From assembly GCF_009914755.1 (NCBI RefSeq), contig NC_060925.1: a stretch of DNA of 64,000 bases. One strand, given 5' to 3'. Positions 27,268 through 44,654 of the stretch are shown here, in pieces. The position numbers were made by a program, and so were the translations under genes. This stretch comes from the human T2T-CHM13v2.0 reference genome, Homo sapiens. The notes beneath the pieces are model-generated. The model saw nothing but the letters and a program-made list of their open reading frames with translations, did no database searches and was not told the DNA's origin. The stretch's first letter is position 1, and every line of letters begins with the position of its first letter.

Positions 27268-28309
27268 CTACCAAAGCATGGGACAGGGAATAGGGGGAGA
27301 CAGGAGACATCAGTTTTTGCAAATCAGTGTTCAGTGGGCTCTCAGTTTCTAAGGCCAAACTCCAAATCCTAGACCAGGCAGATCTAGTAGGGACCACCCT
27401 ACACCCTCCCTTGAACTTGCCTTCTTCAAATCTCAGCTAAAGTTTCACTTGCTCTTAAAAAGTTTTCTGACTACCAGTCTAGGCCCAACTTCTTTCCTCT
27501 GAGTGTCCATAGCCCCCTGGGCTTCCCCTTTCACACTTATTTTTACCATCCCTGTTAGATGTGGACTCGCTGAGGACTGGTATCCAATATGGTGTCTAAT
27601 CCAGTGCCTGGCCTGGAATAAGTAGTCGGCATGGTCATGAAGGAATGAGCCACTGGGGATCCTGCTCCCAGCTCACCAGAAAGCAGGGCTAAGACTCAGC
27701 TGAGGCCTGGGAAGCACTCTCTGTTAGGGGCCTGGAAGTGCAGGCTCGGGTTTCTTACATGACCTTGCCTCCTACAATGTGACCTCAGTGCCTTGCTCGC
27801 CACACCCTAGTCCTGGTCCCACCAATGAGCTGTGCTGCCACTCAAGTTCTCTGAGCAGAGGAACCCAGGGGAAAAGCAACTGTACCAGCTGGTGCTGAAG
27901 CCCATATGTCCAGGTTCCACTGATTAAAAAGGCCTTTGGATGTCACAAAGGCAAAGGTTGTGGGGTCACCCCCATTCTTCCTGTTTCCCCTTGGTGCATG
28001 GCTTTTTCTGGACCCCTCTCTGACCCTCCCCAACCTATCTCAAGCCCTTGATGTTAATTTCAATCTATTTCACTTATATACTCATTCTGGCCCCATCTGT
28101 ACTCAGAGGCTCAGCACAAATGTCATCTATTATGTGAAGCTCCCACCACTGGCCTATCTTCCCACCGGAAGAAATTCTCCCTCCCTTGGAAGCTTCAGAG
28201 CACTTCATCTGCACTTCTTTTAGGACACTGTCCACTCTAACCATGTCCTAGAGTATCATTTCCTAAATTTCAGGGATCCTAGAGTATCATTTCCTAAATT
28301 TCAGGGATC

Positions 28310-28960
28310 CCACTACCATCTTCGTGATTTGTAAGCGCACAGTTTGATGAGTTGTATACACATCTGTGGAACTATCACCACATTAATAAACAGAATGTTT
28401 CCATCATCCTAAAAAGTTGCTTTGTGCAAACACTCATCTGCTTAATATCACTAGAGATTAATTTGCCCACACTTTCATAGAAATGAAATTGGAAACATGT
28501 ACAAATTTGTGTCTGACTTCCTCTGTTTGGCATGATGTTTTTGAGATTTGTCCATGTTATTGCATGGAGCAATGATTCTGTTCTTTCTTTGGAGCAGTAT
28601 TCCATAGTGTGGATGTTTTCCCATCTTTTTGTTGATGGACACCTTTACTATTTCTAGCTTTTAGATACTATGAATCAAGTTGCTATGAACATCTGTGTAC
28701 AAGTCTTTTTGTAGACATATGTTTTCATTCTTCTTGGGTAAATTCCTTGGAAGCGAATTGCTGGGTTGTATGGTATATGTATATTTAACATTACAAGAAA
28801 CTGCCAACCAGTTTTCCAAAATTGTTGTACCACTTTACACTACCACCTGCATTGTATGAGAGTTCTCGTTGGTCTGCATTCTCATCCACACTTGGTATTT
28901 AGTCTTTTACATTTTAGCCATTCAAATGAGCATACGGTGATATCACATTGTGGTATTCAT
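28310..28960 (-). mobile_element. Old L1M 3' fragment
   Basis: Antisense L1M-like sequence (GCTATGAACATCTGTGTACAAGTCTTT...); boundaries approximate. Confidence 0.65.
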
Positions 28961-29177
28961 TAATAGGCGTAGTTTAAAGGAAAATTCTATGTCATTTACT
29001 ATATAATATAGTAAATGATATAGTCTATGTCTATTTCATTTACTATAAATGAAAACACAGGATTATCTAGCATATTTAGAAAAATCAACACAATGGAAAA
29101 AAATCAATGTAATTATTTTCTTGCCTGGTGAAGGCTCTGAGATGAGCTCTGGTTGCTCTTTTAAGAAGGGAAAACAC

Positions 29178-30085
29178 GGGAGGGAGGAGCCAAGATGGCC
29201 GAATAGGAACAGCTCCGGTCTACAGCTCCCAGCGTGAGCGACGCAGAAGACGGGTGATTTCTGCATTTCCATCTGAGGTACCGGGTTCATCTCACTAGGG
29301 AGTGCCAGACAGTGGGCGCAGGCCAGTGTGTGCGCGCACCGTGCGCGAGCCGAAGCAGGGCGAGGCATTGCCTCACCTGGGAAGCGCAAGGGGTCAGGGA
29401 GTTCCCTTTCCGAGTCAAAGAAAGGGGTGACGGACGCACCTGGAAAATCGGGTCACTCCCACCCGAATATTGCGCTTTTCAGACCGGCTTAAGAAACGGC
29501 GCACCACGAGACGATATCCCACACCTGGCTCGGAGGGTCCTACGCCCACGGAATCTCGCTGATTGCTAGCACAGCAGTCTGAGATCAAACTGCAAGGCGG
29601 CAACGAGGCTGGGGGAGGGGCGCCCGCCATTGCCCAGGCTTGCTTAGGTAAACAAAGCAGCCAGGAAGCTCGAACTGGGTGGAGCCCACCACAGCTCAAG
29701 GAGGCCTGCCTGCCTCTGTAGGCTCCACCTCTGGGGGCAGGGCACAGACAAACAAAAAGACAGCAGTAACCTCTGCAGACTTAAGTGTCCCTGTCTGACA
29801 GCTTTGAAGAGAGCAGTGGTTCTCCCAGCACGCAGCTGGAGATCTGAGAACGGGCAGACTGCCTCCTCAAGTGGGTCCCTGACCCCTGACCCCCGAGCAG
29901 CCTAACTGGGAGGCACCCCCCAGCAGGGGCACACTGACACCTCACACGGCAGGGTATTCCAACAGACCTGCAGCTGAGGGTCCTGTCTGTTAGAAGGAAA
30001 ACTAACAACCAGAAAGGACATCTACACCGAAAACCCATCTGTACATCACCATCATCAAAGACCAAAAGTAGATAAAACCGCAAAG
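29178..30085. promoter_or_regulatory. L1 5'UTR CpG-rich bidirectional promoter (sense promoter with YY1 site; antisense promoter facing HYDIN exon 24)
   Basis: CpG-dense; YY1 motif CAAGATGGCCG at 29191-29201; the antisense promoter is established for primate L1 5'UTRs. Confidence 0.85.
29415..29630 (-). CDS. L1 ORF0 (71 aa, MAGAPPPASL...VRHPFL), intact
   Basis: ATG at 29630-29628, TGA at 29417-29415; internal donors CAG|GTGTGG (after nt 106) and CAG|GTGCGT (after nt 191). Confidence 0.85.
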   Translation of the reverse strand: MAGAPPPASLPPCSLISDCCASNQRDSVGVGPSEPGVGYRLVVRRFLSRSEKRNIRVGVTRFSRCVRHPFL

Positions 30086-31102
30086 ATGGGGAAAAAACAG
30101 AACAGAAAAACTGGAAACTCTAAAACGCAGAGCGCCTCTCCTCCTCCAAAGGAACGCAGTTCCTCACCAGCAACAGAACAAAGCTGGATGGAGAATGATT
30201 TTGACGAGCTGAGAGAAGAAGGCTTCAGACGATCAAATTACTCTGAGCTACGGGAGGACATTCAAACCAAAGGCAAAGAAGTTGAAAACTTTGAAAAAAA
30301 TTTAGAAGAATGTATAACTAGAATAACCAATACAGAGAAGTGCTTAAAGGAGCTGATGGAGCTGAAAACCAAGGCTCGAGAACTACGTGAAGAATGCAGA
30401 AGCCTCAGGAGCCGATGCGATCAACTGGAAGAAAGGGTATCAGCAATGGAAGATGAAATGAATGAAATGAAGCGAGAAGGGAAGTTTAGAGAAAAAAGAA
30501 TAAAAAGAAATGAGCAAAGCCTCCAAGAAATATGGGACTATGTGAAAAGACCAAATCTACGTCTGATTGGTGTACCTGAAAGTGATGTGGAGAATGGAAC
30601 CAAGTTGGAAAACACTCTGCAGGATATTATCCAGGAGAACTTCCCCAATCTAGCAAGGCAGGGCAACATTCAGATTCAGGAAATACAGAGAACGCCACAA
30701 AGATACTCCTAGAGAAGAGCAACTCCAAGACACATAATTGTCAGATTCACCAAAGTTGAAATGAAGGAAAAAATGTTAAGGGCAGCCAGAGAGAAAGGTC
30801 GGATTACCCTCAAAGGAAAGCCCATCAGACTAACAGCGGATCTCTCGGCAGAAACCCTACAAGCCAGAAGAGAGTGGGGGCCAATATTCAACATTCTTAA
30901 AGAAAAGAATTTTCAACCCAGAATTTCATATCCAGCCAAACTAAGCTTCATAAGTGAAGGAGAAATAAAATACTTTATAGACAAGCAAATGCTGAGAGAT
31001 TCTGTCACCACCAGGCCGGCCCTAAAAGAGCTCCTGAAGGAAGCGCTAAACATGGAAAGGAACAACCGGTACCAGCCGCTGCAAAATCATGCCAAAATGT
31101 AA
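30086..31102 (+). pseudogene. L1 ORF1p, interrupted by premature TAG at 30710-30712
   Basis: MGKKQNRKTG...NHAKM is split into two ORFs in the same frame; the consensus TCG is TAG here. Confidence 0.95.
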
Positions 31103-31141
31103 AGACCATCGAGACTAGGAAGAAACTGCATCAACTAATGA

Positions 31142-34989
<3,848 letters not shown>

Positions 34990-35239
34990 ACAATGAGATC
35001 ACATGGACACAGGAAGGGGAATATCACACTCTGGGGACTGTGGTGGGGTCGGGGGAGGGGGGAGGGATAGCATTGGGAGATATACCTAATGCTAGATGAC
35101 GAGTTAGTGGGTGCAGCGCACCAGCATGGCACATGTATACATATGTAACTAACCTGCACAATGTGCACATGTATCCTAAAACTTAGAGTATAATAAAAAA
35201 AAAAACATTAAAAAAAAAAAAAACATTTCACACAGACAG

Positions 35240-35275
<36 letters not shown>

Positions 35276-35417
35276 GGGAAAACACTGGGCTGGCATGATC
35301 TTGGCTGGGCTTATTACTGTATGGAAGGAGGATCCACGGTGTCCCCTCTTTACATACCCTATTGCACAGGGTCTTATACATGCAGCCCAAGCTCAACAGA
35401 TGTTTGGTTGATTGAAT

Positions 35418-35476
35418 GAATGGATGGATGCATGGATGGATGCATGGATGGATGGATGGATGGATGGATGGATGGG
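35418..35476. repeat. (GATG)n microsatellite
   Basis: Seen directly. Confidence 0.9.
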
Positions 35477-37941
35477 TGTGTGGAATGTTGAATGAGAACA
35501 GTTGAATAGCATAGAGGGTAATCTGACTATTCTGCACCTTGTCTGTCAACCTGGGATAAAGAGTGGCGATGGGAAAGCATGGAGAATTCACAGAGTATGG
35601 AAAAGCTCTTTTCATTTTTGGCTTGAGCTTCCATTTGACTTGTTCCAGACCAGATGTCTCTAGCTGACTTTACCTCTGGCTGAAACCACTCCATTAGGGG
35701 CAGAGAACGCATGTTGGGCTGGGTGCTAACAAATCTCCCGGGAAGCTCCTTAAAATAAAGATTCCTGAACCTTGTCCTCTGACAGATTACAATTCAGCAG
35801 GTCTCAGGAGTTAGATTTTTAACAGCCTTCCCAGGCAATTCTAATGGGCAGCCAGATTTAGGAGCTGCCGTGGGTAGGAATGGCAGCATGACAGCTGAGG
35901 ATGGAGCTGATAATTAATATGGGGCTATCACTGCAGCCTTAACAGCTAGGGACAGTGAAAATCAGCCGAGGACAATTCTGAACACTTATGAAATCACTCC
36001 AGGTCAGCAGAGACGCCTGGCGAGGCTTTGCCGGCTCGCTGCCCCACATAATAGCACTCACCCATCCAGCCTTTGCACCCCTGTGGGATGTGCTGCATAA
36101 AGAGAAAACAAATGGGAATTTCTGTAATGGAAAAATACAAAGCTGTAGAGGGTCTTCATACCTGAGGAAAAACAACACCTCAGTTGACAATGCTACCTGG
36201 ACAATTGGGAAGTAAGAGGTCTTTCTGGAAATCAATAGAGGAAGGCAGAGCCGCCCTCCGTGCTTGCCCCTTGAGCCACAGGAGACAGTGAAACATTTAC
36301 TGTAATGAGGACTTTACGTTATTAAAACCAGAAAACCTGCTCCAAAATATGGAAATAGAACGCTGGTAGAGTTTTTTTGGATCAGATTTCCTTTTACCCT
36401 CAGGAACAGGTGATTACTTTCCTGGTATGCTGACCCAAACAGGAGTAGATTCAGTTATTTTGAAAAGGGAGTGCATAGCAAACAAGAACAATCGATACTG
36501 TTCCAATCCCAGAGCTCCCCGTATCAGAATCATGGGAGAAGCCAGGAAAGAAATGTTCCCTGTAGCTGCCAGAGAATCACATGCATGTCAGACACCTGCT
36601 CATCAGCAGCACTGGCTTTGGGGGCAGTGGTTTCCCTCCTCATGTTTTATTTTCAACTCTTGGGGAAGGATCGCCACAATCTTTTGTGCTACAAAGTTAA
36701 AAAAACAATCCACCATACTTCTTTCCTGTCCTTTCTTCACTGGAAGCAGTGTGGCGCTAAAATAAAACCCTGATGAACAAGCTTGTATTTCAGTTAATGT
36801 TCTGTGTTGCAGCTTCCATGATCTTTGCAGATGGGATGGTGGATGCTGGACACCCATTGAAGTCTGCGCAGTGTAGTCTTGTGGGAAAAGGTGGCAGGGG
36901 TGGGCAGCCCTGCAGGAGACACATTGATTTCTAATTCATTGATTCATTAGACTTGGCTTCTGGGAGTGTCCACTACAGAGGATGAAATCAGCTGGACAAG
37001 AAGGGCCTGCATATGCTGTTTAATATTTTTTTAAAACTGATGACTGCAGCAGATGCTGCCAGTGCACTTCATTAGGGTGATGCCCCCAGGTGCTGTGGGT
37101 GTGGCTGTACCTTCCTCTGGAGCATTGCCCTGGCCTGATGGGAGATGTCTCACTCACCCTGAGCTGCCTTCCCTCTCATTAGGGTATGACTTATAGGAAG
37201 GAGTGACTGATAGGGGTGGCAGCTATGAGAGCCCAGCCTCCTTGTCTCTGAGTGGGACAAACTGTGATGTAATTTACACTCCAAAGCTCCCCACGGGATC
37301 AGGCAGAGGTGAGACTTCTGAAATCACATCTTCCCCTAGTTTTCTTCTGGCCCTATCTTGCTTCCCTTAGTTTCTTATAGTTCTCCTGAGAGCCCTCCCT
37401 CAATAAATCACCTCAAGAACCACACTCTCCGGCTCTCCTAGGGAATCCACTACAGTGTTGTAGGATTCTAAAGATGAGAAACCCAACCCTTGCTTCAAGG
37501 AGCTAAGAGGCCAGTGGATCAGAGTCAGAGCCACAGGAGTGGCTGTGCTTTAGGGTAGAAGTGTTCCAGCAGGGAGCCAGGCAGTGCACAGGGGTTCTGA
37601 GCATGGCTGTGGGGTCAGAGGGCTTGGGTTTGAATTCCGGCTTCCCCACTTGTGCACTATGGGGCCTGGGGGCTGTGTTAGTAAGAGAACCCTCCGCATC
37701 TGATTGCTGTGAGCCATAGTTCACATAATGAGCCCCATGGTGCCAGGGTCATAGCAAATGTCCAATGAATGTGAGCTGCTCTTGTGTGGGGTTGGTGAGG
37801 ATTACCATCATTTTTGGAATTCAAATGAGGGAGGTACTAACTCTTCTTGGATGCATACAGAAGTCTTCATGGAGGAGGATATGGTCTAACTATGCCTGGG
37901 AGAAAGAATGGAAGAAGAGTGGGGGAAACGTGCCTGCAAAG

Positions 37942-38470
37942 CAGCGGTCCCCAACCTTTTTGGCACCAGGGACTGGTTTCATGGAAGACAATTTTTCCAT
38001 GGACTGGGTGGGGTGGTGGGGGGATGGTTTCAGGATGATTCAAGCACATTACACTTATTGTGCACTTTATTTCTATTATTATTACATTGTAATATATGAT
38101 GAAACAATTATACAACTCACCATCATGTAGAATCAGTGGGAGCCCTGAGCTTGTTTTCCTGCAACTAGATGGTCCCATCAGGGGGTGATGGGAGACAGTG
38201 ACAGATATCAGGCATTAGATCCTCATAAGGAGCATGCAACCGGGATCCCTTACATGTGCAGTTCACAATAGGGTTTGTGCTCCTGTGAGAATCTAATGCC
38301 GCTGGATACCTGACAGGAGGAAGAGCTCAGGTAGTAATGCGAGTGGTGGGGAGTGGCTGTAAATACAGATGAAGCTTCGCTTGCTCACCCGCCACTCACC
38401 TTCTGCCGTGTGGCTCAGTTCCTAACAGGCCACAAACTGGTACTGTTCCTTGGGGAGTTGAGAACCCCTG
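37942..38470. mobile_element. MER1A hAT-Charlie MITE
   Basis: CAGCGGTCCCCAACC...GAGAACCCCTG termini, 8-bp TSD CTG(C/T)AAAG, ~530 bp. Confidence 0.85.
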
Positions 38471-40306
38471 CTGTAAAGGAAATAGGATTCCCCAGGGACA
38501 GGGAAGAAGTCTGTTGTGGGAGCAGCGTATGTGTAGGTGCCAAACGGAAGCAGGTGATGGTGATGACAATGATGATGCAGAATACAGAAGCAATGAGGTG
38601 GGGCCAGTGATGGTCAGCACTGGGGGCAGGCATGACAGGAAGGGGGATAGTAGCCATGGGGACTAGCACTGACCCCAGCAGTCACTTTGACTGCTCTCAT
38701 GCACCTCTTCCTCCTGGCAGTGAGCAGTTAACATCTACCTAATCTTTAAGCATTAGCTTAGATGTTACTTTCACCGGAACATCTTCCCTGACCCCCAGGT
38801 CCAGGTTCAGGGGTCATCTCCATGCTTCTACATCCCACACTGTAATTTACTCATCAGCAGGGGCAGAAGCCATGTCTGTCTGTCTCACCACGGTCTCCAG
38901 CACTGGGCACCATACCAAGCTTAGAGTCAAGCCTAACATTTGTTGAATGAAATTCTAGTCAAGAGTACTGTAGTTAACTCCCCGTAGTAAAAAGGGTTAT
39001 AAAGATCTTGTTTTGCTCAAATGTTATATCAGATGGTCTACTATTTGTAAAAAAGTAATCTGTCCAATTCCAGTAAGCACAACTGTTTGTAATACAACTT
39101 TGCTTCTCCTCCCATCAACAGATGGAGTCTATTTTCTTCAGGCCTTGCATCTGGGCTTGGCTTGACTCCTTTGGCCAATGAGGCGTTCAAAAATGTGATG
39201 CAAACGGCAACTTGAAAACTACCTAGGCAATTCACAGATTCATGAGAACTAACACATATTTTCTGTTTAGACAATTATGTTTCGGGTACTTTGTTGCGTG
39301 ATGAAAGCTAACATATACAGATTGGTTTTATTCTCCCTAGCACAGTGTCCTGCACAATTACCCTCAATAAACAACTACAGAATGAACAAGTGGAATGAAA
39401 ACATTTCAAGTATATGGAAAGAAAATGTCAATATTCTTAGTGGTGCAAGCTGGTCATCACCCTTATAAATCACTGATATCAAAATGAGAAAATGATCCAC
39501 AGTAGCCACTGGTGCCTTGCATGGTCAGAGGTCCAGTTATGAGAACATCCAGCACTTCAAAGGTCTGAGTGTGCGCTAGTGGCCTCTGTGAATTAATTTC
39601 ATTGCTGAGATTATTTTCTCCTGCAGTTCCAATCTCATATTTCCATTGTTCCTAATTTATAATCTGATGCAAACCATGCATCTTTACTTGTCAGATCTTA
39701 TCAGGTGGCTTCCCAAATTCCTATTCTTGCTCTCAGCTATCTAACTTTGCTTTTCTCATTTTGTAAACCCCCTGCCTCTCATCCATCCTTCCTTCCTTCC
39801 TCTGACTCTACACATCGCAAATCTGCTCCAGATTAGGCAAGCCCCTGACTGCTGTTTCTAAAGGGAGCAGATTATAATATTGCTTTAAATTATATTAAAA
39901 GTGGGCATATTTCTAAGCCCCTCTGGGTGCAGACACAAAGTCCCTGCCATGTTTCCATATTTATTGTCTAGATTTGTGGTCCTACACTTGCTGATCATCC
40001 TACATTGGGAAGCAAATGACAGATGGAAACAGATGGGCTGGCCCAGTGCCTTCTCTAGCAGCATGGTCTAGCTCTGCCACGTGAGAAGGGGAAGCCAACT
40101 AAAGACATGTCTCTATTATGGAAAGCAGCCTCCCCTAGCCCTCTGACATTATTATACCACAGAATACTTCCAACTGGTCACGTGTGCTAAGGTAGAAACT
40201 GACGAGAGATCGCTGAGAGGCTGAAACTCAAGTTACTCAGAGCTTAGGAGATGAAAACCATCTTTTTAAAAGGTTCTCAAAAGGAGTTGCAATTGGAGCC
40301 TCTAGA

Positions 40307-40470
40307 ACAGTGGTTCTCAGTGTTGGCTGGCCATTGGGATCCTTCATGGACCTTAAGAAAGACCGAAGCCTGAATCCCAACCATAGAGATTCTGATTTAC
40401 TTGGCTTCAATCTATTTGAAACTTCCCAAGGTGATTCTAATGTGCATTCATGGCTGAGAACCACTGACCT
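40307..40470. mobile_element. MER5A-like MITE
   Basis: CAGTGGTTCTCA...TGAGAACCACTG termini. Confidence 0.7.
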
Positions 40471-42449
40471 AGAAGATGGTAGTGAGAAGGTCATGAATAG
40501 TGGTAAAGCAACTGTATCAAGTAAGAGCCCCAATTAAGTAACTGCAGCTGACCTTATCATCACTATTCCCTACCAGGAACTATGAAGCACTTGATAAGCA
40601 CTGCCTAATTTAATCTTCACAACAGATTGAGGAGGAAGCCATTATGATTATCCTGTCTTCAGATGACAAAACTGAGGCTCAGAGGACAGGTCAATGGCTG
40701 CGTTAGACCCACACCAAAGCTCATGCTCTTAGTGACTTTGCTGGAGAGTCTAGCCAATCCACAGGTGAGGGTTTCTCCCGGGTCCCTTCATGTCATGCCA
40801 TACCCAGGGCAGCGACTCCCAAAGCAGGTCTTCTCATTCCAAAAGTAACTGGAACCCACAACGTAAGGAATATACAATGTGTTGTCTAGAACCTTTGGAA
40901 GAAGAGGAACCCATTCTGATTGTAATCTGAATGAGCAAAAGCAAGACACCATTGACCTTGCCCTTGAAGTAACTTTGCAGAAACAGTTTTGCTGTCAGGT
41001 GAGTAGTGGAGGAATGTGCCCAGAATCTACCTCGAAGCTCTCTAGTCTAGATGGATTTCTGTGTAAAAAGGCCACTTCTATAAAGCTCCAGAAGGTGTCC
41101 CCACTGCTACATGATCTTAGAAAGGCTGCCAAACAGGTAGGCTGTGAAATCTCCCTTATCAGCTTCATAGCTCTTTAGAAATACTTTCAAAACAGGTTGG
41201 TTTTTAAAGTCAATTTCTTTTAATGTCTGGCTTTCAGTAGATTGTAGCTAGCTTTGGGAGGATTTTAATTAATATGAACATGTAGACCAACCAAATGAGC
41301 CCTTTTTACGAACATCACTCCATGAACCAAGCGGACACAACCCTGACTTAGGCTCAGATATGTACTGATAGTTTCCGCTGATTTCATTAGAAGCTGGCTT
41401 AGCTCACATTGAATCTCTGGAAGTCTGATGCCCTCCACTGATACTGGAAACATCGGGAAAATGCCTTAAAAAGAAAGAAGCTATAATAAGGTGACTAGAG
41501 TTCTATAACAACACAAAAGCAGGAGAAAAAGTTTTATAACACTCACAATTGAAATGAAAAACAGTCCAATTCAGTTACCTATGGGGTAATGGATATGGTA
41601 ACTCAGGAAATGAGACTAAGCTGAATTGCAAATAGAAGTAGACTGTATGGGCCCTAACATGGAGATAGCTTCAAATAGAAGTAGACTGTATGGGCCCCAA
41701 CATGGAGATAGCTTTTAAGTTAAATATAAAGAGAGCTAAAGGCCTACCCCACTCCATAAGTTTCCCTGTGCTTGGCCCTGAGTCACTTGCAGGTCGACTA
41801 CAAAGGCAGGAAACTTGTCTCTGGAAGCTCAGATTTCAGAGATGGCAGACAGTCCTCTCATTAGCCTCAGTGGGTAATTTGACCCCCCGGTCAGATAAAT
41901 TAGCTGACCCACCGCAGCAGAAGAGGAGATTCTAGGTGAACAGGCTATAGGAGGCCTGGATGATGAAGGCCCTGGGAAGGTTCTGGGGACACCAGAGATG
42001 GAGTGTAAAGTGGTCTACTGCTCTCAGGGGACTTCAAATTTACTAACAGTATCGTATTTGTTATGGGGATCATGAGCGCGGACATTGATTATGCTTCTCA
42101 AACTATGTATCTATGTTACAAATACTTTTGCACATACAATGTAGTTTCATAATAAAATCATTGCTGACCTTCTGCAGGGGCAGTTTCAGTCAAGTGAGGA
42201 GCCAGTTTAAATTGGGTTGGGGAATGAATGGAGGCAACTAGGGTACTCTGTTTTCTTCCATTGCCTGGTAGAGAGTTGGTAATTAATGCAAGAGGATTAA
42301 GAGAAGGGCTTTCTAAGAGGTGAAGCACTTGTGCTGTAGGCAAAGGAATAGGAAGCTTGAAGATACTGAGAGTGAGAGGAGATTATTGCTAGAGAGGAGA
42401 ACAGACAGAAAGCTTGGCCTGGAAAGGCAATAGATGCTTTTTTTCTGTA

Positions 42450-42760
42450 CAGTCACTCTCTGCATCCGTGGGTACCGCATCCAGTGATTCAACCAACCAG
42501 GAATCAAAAACTTCTGAGAAAAGAAAAATGACAAAACCCAACAACACAACAATAAAAAAAAAAACACATAAAAAATGAATACAATACTGCAACTATTTAC
42601 ATAGATTTACATGAGCTATTATGGGTAATCTAGAGTATACAGGAGGGTGTTGGAAGGCTATAGGCAAATAGAACACCATTTTATATAAGAGACTAGAGCA
42701 TCTGTGGATTTTGGTATTCTCAAGGGCCCCAACCTTCAGTGGATACCTGAAAGACAACTG
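42450..42760. mobile_element. MER2-like TcMar-Tigger MITE
   Basis: TA|CAGT...ACTG|TA; GCATCCGTGGGT and GAGCATCTGTGGATTTTGGTAT motifs. Confidence 0.75.
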
Positions 42761-43404
42761 TAGATTTGAAAACATTCATGTATTTCTAAAAAGTGAAAGG
42801 CTCATTTTCCTCTTGAGTCACAGGGAAGGAAATGGGGTGGTGAAAGCAACAGCTCAAAGAAAAGTAATCTCAGGTTGGTCTGCAGCCAGGGGAGACCAGA
42901 GGGAAGAAAGCCACCAGCAGAGTGAGGTAGGGAGCCTGGAGGGAGGATTCCTGGGAAAGATGATGAAAGGCAAGGCAGATCCAGGAAACACTGTGGAGGA
43001 AATGCTGGTGGAAACACTTGGTACGATCATATTTAATTTTGTCCAGTCTGGTGGTGTCTAGTTGTAAATGTTTTAATTTTCATTTACAAGATTACTAATG
43101 AGGTGGAACATCTTTTTATTCTTTATTGGCCATTCATATCTGTTCTTCTGTGAAATACCTGCTCATTCTTCTCTCCTGGGTTTTAGTTGATTTCTGTCTT
43201 TTCCTTCAAGGGCATTCTTTATGTAGTATGTAGACTGATCATCTGCAGGTGGTTTGTATGCCAAAACTGCTCTCTGTTGGTGCCTTGTCTTTGTACTCTT
43301 TTAATGGTATCTCTTGATGCAGAAAGTTCTCAAATTCAACACAGAGATTACGGATAGTTTCACTATGATTTTGTGCTTTTTGTATCTTGTTTAAGAAATT
43401 CTGA

Positions 43405-43748
<344 letters not shown>

Positions 43749-43819
43749 CTACATTTTCTTCAAATTAAAAAAACTGACTTACACTTTTCACGTTTGTATC
43801 TTTAACCCATTTGGAATTA

Positions 43820-44098
<279 letters not shown>

Positions 44099-44654
44099 AT
44101 TTTGTATAGTGTGAGTTTAAGGATCTGTTTATGCCTTTTTCTATACAGATGACATATTGTTTCTGGATCATTTACTGAATAGGCCATCCCTTCTCCTTTA
44201 TTCAAATATTTCAATTTTGTCATGTTTCCATACATGTAAGGGCCTGTTTCTGGGGTCTTTGTTCTGTTCCTTTATTCTATTTGCCTATCTGTGCACAAAT
44301 ACCACACAGTAAACTTTATTATATTTTTACAATAAGGCTTGATATCTAGGAGCTTGGCTAGTCTTATCCCTCTTCTATATAAAGTTTAGGATCAACCTGT
44401 CAGGATTCTGATTGGAAGTACATTTAAACTATAGATCATTCTGGGGAAAAATGACATCTTTACTGAACTGAGCCTTTTAAATCAATGAAACAAGTATGTC
44501 TCACCATTTATTTAGGTCTTATTTAATGACTTTAAATAAAATTATCATTTATCCATAAATATTGTGTTTTTATGTTACATTTATTTCTAAGTACTTTTTT
44601 TTTTTTACTGCATTCTATTTTCTAGTTGTTGCTGCTATACAGAAATGCAATTGA

